In this document: one piece after another, positions 49,391 to 64,000 of the stretch
Position numbering within the stretch: the first letter of the stretch is position 1
How the letters are laid out: the number at the start of each line of letters is the position of its first letter
DNA from: Eledone cirrhosa
Lineage: Eukaryota
Length of the DNA stretch: 64,000 bases
Direction: 5' to 3'
NCBI GenBank assembly: GCA_964016885.1
Contig: OZ024761.1
Span: 27,590,001 to 27,654,000 of the forward strand
Notes under the pieces: generated by a model
What the model was told of the DNA's origin: nothing
The model's database searches: none
The model's input: only the letters and a program-made list of their open reading frames with translations
Position numbers and translations under genes: made by a program

Positions 49391-51906
49391 ACTTTGAATA
49401 ACTTTGAAATGTTTTGGCCAGTATTGGCCCAGGCCATGTCTAACTTAATAGCACCACCTGGCGAAGTCTTTCAATTCAGGATTTGGGCACCATGGCCCAT
49501 TCGAGAAGAGAATTACTGTTTGCGGAGACATATCCGGGTGTGGGTGGTTTGTCCGGGATTACTTGGAGGAATTTGTCCAAAGACTTCTTGAATTTTGTGT
49601 GGTCAGTTTCTGTTTTGACGTGTCCTGGTGTGATGTTGAAGAGAGCAGGGCCGATTGAGGTGAAATAATTGTGCCGTATTGTTGTTATGAGTTGCGATTT
49701 AGATTTTTGAATGGGACGGATAGCACGGGGCCCAAGCCTTGGGTGTATCTTGAAGGCGATGCCAACATCATTTGGGCAGTGATGATGGAACATTTTCCAC
49801 ATCATGCAGATAATATAACGCTCACGGCGACGTTGGAGTGAGTAAAGTTTCAGGTTTTCCAATCGACCCCAGTAGTCAAGGTCTGACATGCCATCTATCT
49901 TTTTCGTGATTGCCCTTTGAGGAGCTTCAAGTTTCATGATACTTTGTTTCGTGTGGGGAGACCACAGTGGACAACAGTATTCAAGGTGTGGTCGGGCGAA
50001 AGTAGAGAAGAGAAGGATAATGGTGCGGGAATCTCTCGACTGGAAGGTTCTGAGGATCCAGGAACACATTCTGCGGGCCATGTCAACTTTGCTGCTTATA
50101 TGCGTGGTCCAGCTTATGTTGCTGTCCACGGTTACTACCAAGTCTCTGATGTTGTTAGATGCCACGAGAGTTTCCCCGGAGGGAAGGGAGTACGGGAGTT
50201 TCAGAGCATCCTCTTTTCCAAAGTGGATCAGTTCGAATTTGTCTTCGTTCAGTAACATGTTGTTCTTTTCTGCCCATTGGGTAACAGCCAGTAGGTCTGA
50301 CTGAAGGCTTATCCGGTCATCCACGCCATTGATGACCTTTTGGAGCTTGGAATCATCAGCGAAAATTTTAATGTTGCTGTGTTTGATGATGTCAGTGATG
50401 TCATTAATATAGATGATGAAGAGAAGTGGGCCCAACACAGTGCCTTGTGGGACTCCACTACTGACTTTGGCTGGGCTTGATTTGACTCCCTCAACTACAA
50501 CATGTTGGGTTCTGTTTGACAGGAAGCTCTTGATCCACTGCAGCAGCTTTCCAGTGACACCAATATTGGACAGCTTTCTCAGTAGAATGTTATGATCAAC
50601 CCTGTCAAAGGCCTTGCTGAAATCAAGGTAGATAACATCAGTGTTGGAACCCTCTCCCAAGGCTCTCAAAATGTCATCAAAGTGATGCAGTAGTTGCGTC
50701 AGGCAATCCCTTCCATTACGGAATCCATGCTGGTTGGAGTTCAGCATATTGTTACTCTCAAGGAAGTGGGTCATTCGCGATCTCACCACTCGCTCAAATA
50801 CCTTAATGATATGAGAGGTGAGTGAGATTGGACGGTAATTCACGGCAAGGGATTTGTTTCCCTTTTTGAAAACTGGGACAACAGACTGGGATAGAAGGTT
50901 TTCTGGCACATATCCAGCATCCAGTGAGTTCCGCCACAGATTGGCAAGAGGAGAAGCAAGTTGGTGTTGACACGCCTTCAAGACACAAGCAGGGAACCTA
51001 TCGGGACCTACTGCTGAATTATGCTTGATTTCCTTTATTGCCGCCAAGACATCAGGGGCGCCAAACGTTATGTCCGATAAGGTGTAATGGGGAGTAACAT
51101 CGCCGATACAGCCCAGATCGGCCATATCAGGATTGCTGAAAACAGAGCAGTATTGTTTCTGCAGTATCTCACCCATGGTTTTAGCATTGTCTTGAAGAGT
51201 GCCATTTTCATCAATTAGAGGGCCAACAGTAGAGCCAGTGATTTTGTGTTTTTTTGCAAATGAAAAGAACACTTTGGGATTGAGTTTGATCTTCTCAATG
51301 GCCCAGGCCTCTTCAGCTCTTCTCTGATTGTTGATGAGGGACATTATGTTGTTTTGGAGGTTATGTTTTTTAATCTCTAGTGATGAAATGGCAGTCAAGT
51401 TGATGTGTTGCTGCTGACAGTATTTCAGATTGTTGATTTTTTTGTTCGTTCTCTTAATTTTTCTGATGAGCGTTTTTCTATTTCTAGGGATTCTGCTCTT
51501 AGATTTGTTTATAGTTCTTAATGGGGTGTGTTTAGCACATATGTTTGTAACAGTGTCCACAAATGTCTGCCAGGACTTTTTGATGTTAGTGGGTGTATGA
51601 GTGTGCGTGAAGGACCAGTCGACATGTGCAAGATCATGACTGATCGCTTCCCAGTTTGCATTGTGGAAATCCATAGCGTCAAACGGATGGACAGGAGAAA
51701 TGACATTGGGTTTGTATATTGGACGGTGGAATCTCAGATCACAGAGAACCATGTCATGATCAGAGAGTAGAGTTTTCTCCACTGCAATATTGTGGATATT
51801 GTCAGTGTGATTGCTGAAAATTAAGTCTAGGACGTTTTTGTGGCACCTCGTTGGTTCGAGCACTAGTTGGGATAGGAAGAAATCATCCATGAAGTCAAGA
51901 AGCGAT
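49391..51906 (-). mobile_element. 5'-truncated LINE, CR1/L2 (Jockey-superclade) type
   Basis: ORF2 plus ~85-bp 3' UTR ending TTCAAAGTTATTCAAAGT(TA)n; both ends abut (TA)n. Confidence 0.95.
49476..51906 (-). CDS. LINE ORF2: C-terminal part of APE endonuclease plus complete reverse transcriptase; 5'-truncated, and the ORF-track start at 52229 is a microsatellite artefact
   Basis: EPTR..NVLDLIF..LSDH (APE end); [51 protein letters not shown]; no stops over ~810 codons. Confidence 0.93.
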
Positions 51907-51951
51907 ATATATATGTATGTATGTATATATATATATATATATGTGTATATA

Positions 51952-52046
<95 letters not shown>

Positions 52047-52079
52047 GTATATGTATATGTATATATACATATATATATG

Positions 52080-52113
<34 letters not shown>

Positions 52114-52121
52114 TATGTATG

Positions 52122-52156
<35 letters not shown>

Positions 52157-52208
52157 GTATATATATATGTGTATATATATATATATGTATATATATATGT
52201 GTATATAT

Positions 52209-52419
52209 GTGAGTTGAGATGGAGGGCACAGACCCTCCATCTCAACTCACCTTTTGAAAAGCAGAAGAACTGCGAAACCGGTAAAGGAACCAAATAAATA
52301 TATATATTTAAAAAAAAAATAAGACTTCAGTTGCATTTTCGATTTCATCTCTTTTTCTTTATACTTTCACTCGTGTAGGACACCTCGGTTATTTTTCATT
52401 TTGTAAAAAAAACCTCACT

Positions 52420-52425
<6 letters not shown>
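52209..52425 (+). mobile_element. Small family G element: 18-bp perfect 5' fold-back, hammerhead and AT-rich tail, within (TA)n
   Basis: GTGAGTTGAGATGGAGGG-cacaga-CCCTCCATCTCAACTCAC immediately followed by the hammerhead. Confidence 0.7.
52250..52287 (+). ncRNA. Minimal 38-nt type I hammerhead with U3-A8 covariation
   Basis: CCTT-TTGAAAA-GCAG-aagaa-CTGC-GAAA-C-CG-G-TA-AAGG; perfect 4-bp stems I and II; palindromic ACCGGT stem III. Confidence 0.78.
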
Positions 52426-52473
<48 letters not shown>

Positions 52474-52796
52474 AAATATATATATATATATATATACATT
52501 TTAGTACAGCATAGATGAAGCTCTAGTATACGGCCAAGCTAGCGTGTATGCTTATTCGGTTTGTAGCTTTAGCACTCAGATGAGGTAAGACCCCAGAGTA
52601 TAACATTATGTTCAGACAGCTTAGCAAATTAGATACAGCAGTCGGCAGTCCGGCCGCATCACTAGAGCAACGAAAATACAGGACCCAGGTAAAGATTTTT
52701 TACTGACCTGGACATAACGCTGAGGCTGGGTGTAAATATGTATAAATATATATATATATATGTATAAATATATATATGTATATATATATATATATG

Positions 52797-52833
<37 letters not shown>

Positions 52834-53787
52834 AAATATATATATATGTATAAATATATGTATATATATATGTATATGTATAAATATATATATATGTATA
52901 AATATATATATATATGTATATATATATGTAAAAAAATATATATATGTATAAATATATATATATATATATGTATAAATATATATATATATGTATAAATATA
53001 TATATATGTATAAATATATATATATGTATAAATCTAAATATATATATGTATAAATATATGTATAAATATATATATATATATATATATAGTATAAATATAT
53101 ATATATATGTATAAATATATATATATATATATGTGTATAAATATATATATATGTGTATAAATATATATATATATATGTGTATAAATATATATATATATAT
53201 TTCTACGTATATATATATATATATATGCATATTTATATATATGTATATTCATATATGCATATATATATATATATGTATATATATATACGTATATATATGT
53301 ATATATATATACGTATATATATGTATATATATATACGTATATATATGTATATATATATACGTATATATATGTATATATATATACGTATATATATGTATAT
53401 ATATATACGTATATGTATATATATATATATATACGTATATGCATATATGTATATGTATATGTATATATATATATGTATATATATATACGTATATGTATAT
53501 ATATATATATACGTATATGTATATATATACGTATATGTATATATATACGTATATATATATATATAAGTATATGTATATATATATATATAAGTATATGTAT
53601 ATATATATATAAGTATATGTATATATAAGTATATGTATATATATAAGTATATGTATATATATAAGTATATGTATATATATATATACGTATATGTATATAT
53701 ATATATACGTATATGTATATATATATATACGTATATGTATATATATATATACGTATATGTATATAAATATATGAGTATAAGTATATG

Positions 53788-53839
<52 letters not shown>

Positions 53840-53845
53840 TATATA

Positions 53846-53888
53846 TCGTGAAGAACATTTATCGTCTCGCGCCGATGTCGAAAGCACA

Positions 53889-53986
<98 letters not shown>

Positions 53987-54028
53987 TGTGCTTTCGACAT
54001 CGGCGCGAGACGGTAAATGTTTTTCACG
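53846..54028. repeat. ~48-bp inverted repeat enclosing a pure (TA)n
   Basis: TCGTGAAGAACATTTATCGTCTCGCGCCGATGTCGAAAGCACAAACAAT (TA)n ATTGTTTGTGCTTTCGACATCGGCGCGAGACGGTAAATGTTTTTCACGA. Confidence 0.9.
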
Positions 54029-54184
54029 ATTGGAAAATGAATCGAACGATAAGACATGCAGTATCTTGTGTTTTGTGAGAGAGTGAAATCACAATTTCGA
54101 ATAAATTGACTCCTTCTCTATCACATGTTCTCTCATACTCACATAACGCCCCAACACTCTTATATATGTAGACAGTTTAACAGA

Positions 54185-54315
54185 GTCGTTAGAACCTCGG
54201 ACACAATGATTTGAGATGTTTCTTCAGGCTCGCTGCACTCGTAGTTCAAATCCCAACTTTATCTTGATTCATTTCAAGGTCGATAAAAAGAAGGTACCAG
54301 TTTACTACTGGTGTT
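54185..54315 (+). mobile_element. Degenerate SINE
   Basis: AGTTCAAATCCC...GGTCGATAAAAAGAAGGTACCAG. Confidence 0.55.
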
Positions 54316-54467
54316 GATTCTTCCTCTATATTTCTTTCTCACTGCCTCTTTTTATCTCTCACTCCTCGGGAAGAAATTTACTGTTTCGATCTAGATAAGA
54401 AAGGATCTCTGCTGGGTTTGAAATGCCTGGATGTCCCGACAGGCCCCAACGAATTCCTCATCTGTTA

Positions 54468-54575
<108 letters not shown>

Positions 54576-54963
54576 AACACACACGTGCATATACACACAT
54601 CTTTCATTCATTAGAAACTGGCAATTATTTGAACGACCTGGCTGATTATCCCAGAAACCTGTACAGATGGTCAAGTCAATATACATATATGCATACGGAC
54701 GTACATACATACATACATCAATATATAAATGCATACAAACATATATACATACGGACATATATATATATATATGCATACATACATAGTCACATTCATATAT
54801 ACAAACGTACATATTCACACTACCAAATTTAGTGCCATCTGACAGTTCAGCGAGTCAGCAATTTATACTTGGTCATACCTGAGCTGAGAGGACAGATTCT
54901 CTCTCTCACCAGACTTCTTCGTATGTATATATATATAATAATACCATATTTAAACATATATGC

Positions 54964-54994
<31 letters not shown>

Positions 54995-55031
54995 TCTCTC
55001 TCACTCTCTGTCTATAATATATATATATAGG

Positions 55032-55105
<74 letters not shown>

Positions 55106-55260
55106 TTGGAGCTCTGAAATAGCAATATATATATGGATGTATATATAATGTATTTTGCAATACACTTTATGCTTAATCAAAAGCATTTTGAAGACCGTAA
55201 CCTATTGTTTTAAAGTAGTGACAAATTCACTCACTTTGATCTCAGCAAACAGGGGAGATA

Positions 55261-55304
55261 AGCCGACAAGACTTGTTTCGCTTTGGTTGAAGCTTATCAA
55301 GGCC
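55261..55304 (-). ncRNA. Type I hammerhead with U3-A8 covariation, inverted copy
   Basis: Exact reverse complement of 55592-55635. Confidence 0.78.
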
Positions 55305-55591
55305 AACTACCCCACCTGTTTACTCCCCTGTTTGCTGAGATCAAAGTGAGTGAATTTGTCACTACTTTAAAACAATAGCTTATGGTCTTCAAAATGCTTT
55401 TAATTAAGCATAAAGTGTATTGCAAAATACATTATATATACATCCATATATATATTGCTATTTCAGAGCTCCAATTCTAATTTTTAATTTCTGCCTGACC
55501 AACAACCGCTCTGCATAATCAGCTCCTGATTATTTACTAGATTTCTATAAGAATATAACATCAATGATCTCAGTAAACAGGTGGGGTAGTT

Positions 55592-55635
55592 GGCCTTGAT
55601 AAGCTTCAACCAAAGCGAAACAAGTCTTGTCGGCT
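55592..55635 (+). ncRNA. Type I hammerhead with U3-A8 covariation and GUC site
   Basis: GGCC-TTGATAA-GCTT-caacca-AAGC-GAAA-CAA-gtc-TTG-TC-GGCT. Confidence 0.8.
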
Positions 55636-55998
55636 TATCTCCCCTGTTTGCTGAGATCAAAGTGAGTGAATTTGTCACTACTTTAAAACAATAGCTTACG
55701 GTCTTCAAAATGCTTTTAATTAAGCATAAAGTGTATTGCAAAATACATTATATATACATCCATATATATATATATATGTATATATATATTGGTAAAAGGA
55801 AAAGAAAATGCTGACAAATTGTTCCCAGTGAAAAATAGTTTAATTAGGAATAAGTAAAAATTAGTAATAAGTATTGGTTAGTATTCAGTTTTAGTTTTAA
55901 GTTTTTATCGGTTGCGCATTTCTAATGCTTTTCAAAAATAATTTTGAGATAGAGCGCCCGTGATGTTTGCTCTTATATATATATATATTTAAACAGGC

Positions 55999-56030
<32 letters not shown>

Positions 56031-56089
56031 TGTACCACCATATTTTTTCGTTGTATGCTTTGTTGATTCCGTTTAATTTTTGCATATAT

Positions 56090-56195
<106 letters not shown>

Positions 56196-56622
56196 TTTTT
56201 GTGTATGTGTTATAAAAAATCAATAGCGCGTCATGAAGCACAATAATGGAAGAAGCCAGCGGTAAATTTCTTAATAAACAACATTTGAAGACACACAAAA
56301 GCGTGTAAACATACACACATTCACAGCCACATTTACACACACACATTTACATATATATACATATCACATGTACTCCACATACGTGCACACTCAAACTACC
56401 TCCCTCGATACTCCTCAACCCTCTCATCTCCCTCTCGTACTCTTCCTTTCCCTCCTTCTCTTTCTTTGGTTGTCTATCTCCTCCTCTTTTTCTTGATAAC
56501 ACACATACACACAAACATACACACATACCTACACATATACACACACACATACTTTAACTGAAAATACATTTATATGTATGCATCTTTATCCTGTGTAATG
56601 AGATTAAAAAAATTCAATCTCT

Positions 56623-56684
<62 letters not shown>

Positions 56685-56774
56685 AATATAAATATATATA
56701 TAAATATATATATATATATAAATATAAATATATATATAAATATATATATATATATAAATATAAATATATATATA

Positions 56775-56852
<78 letters not shown>

Positions 56853-57005
56853 TATATATATATATATTTATATATATATGTGTGTGTGTGTCTGTGTGTG
56901 TTTTGTGTGTGTGCGAGTTTGTGTAAACATATATGTGTGTTTGTATATTAAATAGGTATACTTATATATATATATATATATACGATATTAATATATATAT
57001 ATATT

Positions 57006-57040
<35 letters not shown>

Positions 57041-58563
57041 ATATATATATGTATATACATATTTATATATATATTTATATTTATATATATATATATATAT
57101 TTTTATATACGACATATATATATATATATATATATACATATACTCGTGTACCTATTTATAAAGTACACACACAAGACCAAAAAGATTTCAAACATCAACA
57201 TCCACAAACAAATACAGCCACATATACTCATACATACAAAGACACACACACACACACACAAAAGCACCCATACACAGACAGGTATAAACACACAAACGCA
57301 GACATAGGCAGGCAAACGCTAACATACATATACACGCAGACAAACGCTAACATACAGACATACACGCATACACATTACACACGGTCATACACACAAACGC
57401 AGTCACACACACACATATACTGACATACACGCAATCACAGTCATACACACAAACGCAGTCATATTCTCACACGCAAATTGAGACATACACGCACACGCAT
57501 TCAGTAACCTTCACGCCCATACAAACACACACACTCATGCGTATATATATATATATACACAAGCATACACATTCACACAAACGCATACACATAGACTTGA
57601 CATACACGAACATACACATATAGGCATACACACACGCACACACACTAACATAGGCATTCGTTCAAACATGCACACATACATATCACACACACACACTAAC
57701 ATAGGCATTCGTTCAAACATGCACACATACATATCACACACACACAAACGCAGACATTCACTCACACATGCAAACAGACATACTGACACATTCACACACA
57801 CACACATATACAGACATACTAACACACACACATGCACACACAAACGTAGACATACATATTCACACTGACACATACATATATGCACGCCCCCCCCCCCCAC
57901 ATACACACAGAAACAAACGTAGACATTCACTCACACATACAGACATATTCACACTGACACACACTCTGACATACACACACACACATACACGCACTCACAT
58001 ATATATACATACCCACATATATATATACACACACACACATATATACACACACACACCCACATATATACACACACACACATATATACACACACACATATAT
58101 ACACATACACACAGATACACACACACACATATATACACACACACATATATACAGACACACATTTATATACATATACACACTCTTACAAACATACAAACTC
58201 ACACACACACAGCAATACATGTTTTAGTATATCTTTCTACTTTCGTTTTTTTCTTTTTTCCCTTTTCCCTCTTTCGTCTTAAATATTCTCCAAGCGCGAA
58301 ATTTTGAAGATTTTAATTAAATCTTTCTTGTTGTTTGTTTCTGTATTTTCCTCGCTAGTAAATACAAGTTATAGCAAGTAAATGGTGCCTATTTATCTAT
58401 TTTGACTTTAATATTGAACATTACATACATATATCTACATACACATATAGATACATACACATACACACACATACATTCACACACATTCACTCAAACGCAC
58501 TCACTCCCTTTCGGATACGGTCACGGGCACAGATTATATATATATATATATATACATATATAT

Positions 58564-58649
<86 letters not shown>

Positions 58650-59045
58650 GAAAGGTATAGAAAACATTGTAGCAAAAAGCCAACATATATATATATAAAT
58701 ATATATACATCTTATCTATCTATATAATATAATATATACATACATATACATACATATATATATATAAATATATATATGATATATGTATATGACTTTATAA
58801 ATGTATATATATGTGTATTATACGTCTATATAGATTTATAAATGTATATAGATTATACATCTCTCTCTCTCTCTCTCTCTCTCTCAATACATATATGTAT
58901 ATCCGTGTGTGTATGTGTATAAGCATATAATATACTTAATATACTTTCAATTTTGTGTATGCATATGTATATACAGACAATAATATATATATATATGCAC
59001 CATATATACATATATACATACTTATGTATAGGGATATATATTTAT

Positions 59046-59122
<77 letters not shown>

Positions 59123-59163
59123 AATATATATATATATAAATATATATATAAATATATATATAA

Positions 59164-59194
<31 letters not shown>

Positions 59195-59195
59195 A

Positions 59196-59199
<4 letters not shown>

Positions 59200-59267
<68 letters not shown>

Positions 59268-59387
59268 ATATATATATATATATATATATTATAAATATAT
59301 ATATATATATATATTATAAATAAATATATATATATATATATATATATTATAAATAAATATATATATATATATATATATTATAAATAA

Positions 59388-59418
<31 letters not shown>

Positions 59419-59571
59419 ATATATATATATATATATATATTATAAATATATATATATATATATTATAAATATATTATAAATATATATATATATATTATAA
59501 ATATATATATATATATTATAAATATATTATAAATATTTATATATATATATTATAAATATATATATATATAT

Positions 59572-59635
<64 letters not shown>

Positions 59636-60032
59636 ATATATATTATAAATATATATATATATATTATAAATATATATATATATATTATAAATATATATAT
59701 ATATATATATATTATTATAAATATATATATATATATTATAAATATATATATATATATATATATTATAAATATATATATATATATATATATTATAAATATA
59801 TATATATATATATTATAAATATATATATATATATATTATAAATATATATATATATATTATAAATATATATATATATATATATATATTATAAATATATATA
59901 TATATATATATATATTATAAATATATATATATATATATATATTATAAATATATATATATATATATATATATTATAAATATATATATATATATATATATTA
60001 TAAATATATATATATATATATATATATTATAA

Positions 60033-60060
<28 letters not shown>
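59200..60060. repeat. Higher-order AT-only array (TATTATAAA(TA)n units)
   Basis: Direct reading. Confidence 0.9.
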
Positions 60061-60101
<41 letters not shown>

Positions 60102-60731
60102 GTGTATCTAGGCGACGCTTTGCGTTTATATAAAGTTCGTTATCATTCTGTAATGTGTGTTATTTGTATGTTGATTGCCTATTATACTACCACCACCATC
60201 TTCTACCACTATTACCATTACTACAGTTATTATTATTATTATTATTGTTATTATTATTATTTTTCCCTCCATATTAATGCTATTGTTGTTGTTGGTGTTG
60301 TTATTGTTTCTATATTCATATATTTTTGTTCTAAGTTCTTTGTTCCTTCGTATTTATTAAAATACTCGACTCTTTTCTGCTCCTTTATATAATTAATATA
60401 ATACAATATATTATCAGTATAAAAAAGATATTATACACTACAATACATACATATATGTATATGAAATATAGTTATCGTGTAATTACATGTTCATACATAT
60501 ACACACACACATACATATTGTATATATATATATATATATTTGCATGTATATACATACATGCACACATGTATACATATATATATTCATACATATATTTTTG
60601 TGTGTATGTATATGTACATATGTGTATTCAATATAAATGTATATACACACATATGTATACCTATGTATATATATATATAAATGTACATATGTACATATAT
60701 ATATATATAAAAGGAAAAGAAATTGAAAATG

Positions 60732-60770
<39 letters not shown>

Positions 60771-60942
60771 TTCAACATAACAATTCATTGTTCTGTGAGC
60801 ATGTATCCTGTAGTGATTTCCTGCGGTGGTTTCGTGTATCTGTTCTCACTTGTTTGTCAAATCCTTACTCACTGACATCAGCTTCACTGTCGTAAAGGAA
60901 CAGATAAAAACATTGATAAAGAAAACTGTCCATTATTTCACA

Positions 60943-61115
60943 TGTTGGTAGAGGGTCGGACGCCATGCTTTGACGCAAAGAGTTACGGCCCTTGCCATTC
61001 TGAGTTCAAATCCCGCCGCGGTTAACTTTACCTTTCATCATTATGGGTTCGATAAAATAAAGTACGAGTAATATACTGGATAATTGCTGGCCTTGTACCA
61101 AAAGTAGAAACAATT
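60943..61115 (+). mobile_element. Near full-length tRNA-derived SINE
   Basis: TTGGTAGAGGGTCGGACG...CTGAGTTCAAATCCCGCC...CCTTTCATC...GGCCTTGTACCAAAAGTAGAAAC. Confidence 0.85.
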
Positions 61116-61334
61116 ATTTCACATATTGTAGGCGACATCGACTCCATTACTCTTTTAGTTTGTATCCTGATATGAAAATGAGCATGAATCATTTTAATTT
61201 GATTCCTGATATTTAGTTTAAAACCTGAAGTAGAATTAATCTCATCGGTTTATCAGGATTTTATTGCATTTTACGTTTTCTTCTTCTCAATGTTGCAGTT
61301 CTTTAACACATCCACTGATGTAAAACCTCTGACA

Positions 61335-62200
61335 TGTCCTCATCTGTGTTATATCCTGGAGTGACTTGATGGTTTCTGTGGTCTTACAGAATAGTCGCCG
61401 TCATCCAGATAACCCAAATACAGGACACATCATCTGTGTTATATCCTGGAGTGACTTGATAGATTCTGTGGTCTTACAGAATAGTCGCCGTCATCCAGAT
61501 AACCCAAGTACAGGACACATCATCTGTGTTGTATCCTGGAGTGACTTGATGGTTTCGGTGGTCTTAGAGAATAGTCGCCGTCATCCAGATAACCCAAGTA
61601 CAGGACACATCATCTGTGTTATATCATGGAGTGACTTGATGGTTTCGGTGGTCTTACAGAATAGTCGCCGTCATCCAGATAAGCAAAGTACAGGACACAT
61701 CATCTGTGTTATATCCTGGAGAAACTTGATGGTTTCTGTGGTCTTACAGAATAGTCGCCGTCATCCAGATAAGCAAAGTACAGGACACATCATCTGTGTT
61801 GTATCTTGGAGTGACTTGATAGTTTCTGTGGTCTTACAGAATAGTCGCCGTCATCCAGATAACCCAAGTACAGGACACATCATCTGTGTTGTATCTTGGA
61901 GTGACTTGATAGATTCTGTGGTCTTACAGAATAGTCGCCGTCATCCAGATAACCCAAGTACAGGACACATCATCTGTGTTGTATCATGGAGTGACTTGAT
62001 AGTTTCTGTGGTCTTACAGAATAGTCGCCGTCATCCAGATAACCCAAATACAGGACACATCATCAGCGTTGTACCCTGGACTCCAGGGGAATAGTCACCG
62101 TCATCTGAGTGACCCAACTACAACTAGGACACATCATCTGTGTTGTATTCTTTAGTCACTAGGTGTTTGTGAAGTCTTACAACATAGTCTCCCTCATCCA
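61335..62200. repeat. 90-bp tandem satellite, 8 conserved copies plus a degenerate end
   Basis: CATCTGTGTT at 61341, 61431, 61521 ... 61971, with an exact 90-bp period. Confidence 0.97.
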
Positions 62201-63319
62201 TCTATAGCCATCTAAATTCCCTCTTTACTGCTTCTGCGATGTTATATCATGGTTGTTCTTCTGCTTGCACTCGTAATATACAGAGTTACATACCCTTTGA
62301 CGCCAGACTCCAATACAATGCGTCTTGTCCTCCACTAACTCCATTTAACTACCATAGGAATTGCCCTCCACCAATTCTAGCGTCAGTCCTCCACTAAATC
62401 TATTTAACTACCCAGACACAATGTAGCAAGGATATAACCAAAGAGGGGCTGAGAATGTAATTGAAGGGGAAAATACCCCCCGACCCCTCAAAATTACGAA
62501 TGTATGCCAAGAGAAGGGACTAGGAATATAGGAAAACCTGAAGGGCTATAAACACATCTAAAACAATGGAGGGCGAACAATATTTCCAAAGATGTAGACC
62601 GAAGAACTACACAAAGGACCAATAAATAATTTACTGAATATTAAACCTTATCAGGATTCGAACTCAAAATTATGTTTTACATTGAATAACAAATAATTAC
62701 ATCAACACTGAATATGAATACAACAACAACAACAACAACAAAGGCAATACAAAAAAGAGAAAGAAATATATTTAAAGAAAACAAAACAACTAAAAAAGGA
62801 AATGTAATGTTGTGTTGGGAGACAGGAAAAAAGTGGAAAGAAAAATGACATGACAAATGATTGATGAAAAATATATAGTGTGCGTACATAAAATGTGTGT
62901 ATAAAAAGGGGTTTTATATATATATATAACCCCTTTATATACTGATAATTTTATATACGCATATGCATATACATATTTATGTGTATTTGTGGTGATATAT
63001 GTATATATATATTATGTACATATATATATGTATATCTCTCTCTCTATATATATATGTATATATATATATATATGTATATATACATACATATATATATGCA
63101 TAAACATGTACATATATATATTATGTACATATATATATATGTATATATATATATATACATATATATATGTATATATGTATATATGTGTATATATATATGT
63201 ATATATGTAAATGTGTATATATATATGTGTATATATTTATGTGTATGTGTATATATTTATGTGTATGTGTATATATATCTATATGTTTATATATATGTGT
63301 ATCTATATATGTGTATATA

Positions 63320-63366
<47 letters not shown>

Positions 63367-63574
63367 GTATATATATATGTATATATATATATACACACAC
63401 ACATGCGGTAAGGCATCTCCATAAAAAATAATATATATATTATGGTATTAATATATTAATAAACCTTCATTGTTACTTTCAAGGCATATGTGAGAGATTC
63501 TCTCCCCTAAAACAATGCGCCATCTGCTTTCCGTTTGCATGCACGCACACACAGTCACAGCCACACACATCTAT

Positions 63575-63674
<100 letters not shown>

Positions 63675-63741
63675 GAATATATTTAATAAATGACTCCTCC
63701 ATACACACACATTTATATCCATATATATTTATATATATATA

Positions 63742-63789
<48 letters not shown>

Positions 63790-64000
63790 AATATTTATAT
63801 TATAGTATATCTTATATATTTATATTATATTATATATTATATGTATTTTATATATTATATATATATATTATATATGTTATATATATTATGTATATATACT
63901 GTATATATATATTATATATGTTATATATATTATATATGCATATATACTAGATATATATTATATATGTATATATATATTATATATGTTATATATATTATAT

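Larger units (their letters stand above)
55100..55765. mobile_element. Family H element: fold-back (55100-55481) plus direct copy (55571-55765), hammerhead-bearing
   Basis: Three near-identical copies of one terminus in inverted and direct arrangement, pLTR-like. Confidence 0.85.

Noticed and set aside
52505-52730. Possible hammerhead with long stem II (GCTCTAGT...ACTAGAGC..GAAA)
   Set aside because: Core TAGATGA deviates at positions 3 and 4, and no convincing stem III or stem I.
61341-62060. Satellite-embedded hammerhead on the minus strand (CTGGATGA...GAAAC..GTC)
   Set aside because: Extra base in the core and no stems I or II.

Overview
Eukaryotic, extremely (TA)n-rich intergenic/intronic DNA. 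The tRNA-derived SINEs and LINE mix suggest a cephalopod, probably Octopus; this is recognition from memory, not a database result. No host gene can be supported, and nearly all ORFs in the track are microsatellite artefacts. Coding-derived sequence is limited to retroelements: a 5'-truncated CR1/L2-group LINE with an open ORF2 (49391-51906, -) plus a short second copy, a decayed Penelope-like element (RT thumb plus GIY-YIG endonuclease, 14268-15025, largely missed by the ORF track) between ~550-bp inverted arms, two tandem R4/Dong-type endonuclease 3' ends, and several RTE fragments. The main hidden signal is that many short unique islands between (TA)n arrays carry type I hammerhead ribozyme motifs. 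Read by hand, there are 14 complete motifs in about 8 sequence-unrelated families plus several 3' halves, often duplicated as fold-backs. They include U3-A8 covariant, U4C and U4A core variants and palindromic stem III. This looks like a dense population of Penelope-derived, ribozyme-bearing microsatellite-dwelling elements. Several satellites and a 200-N gap are also present. All folding was done by eye and no activity has been shown.
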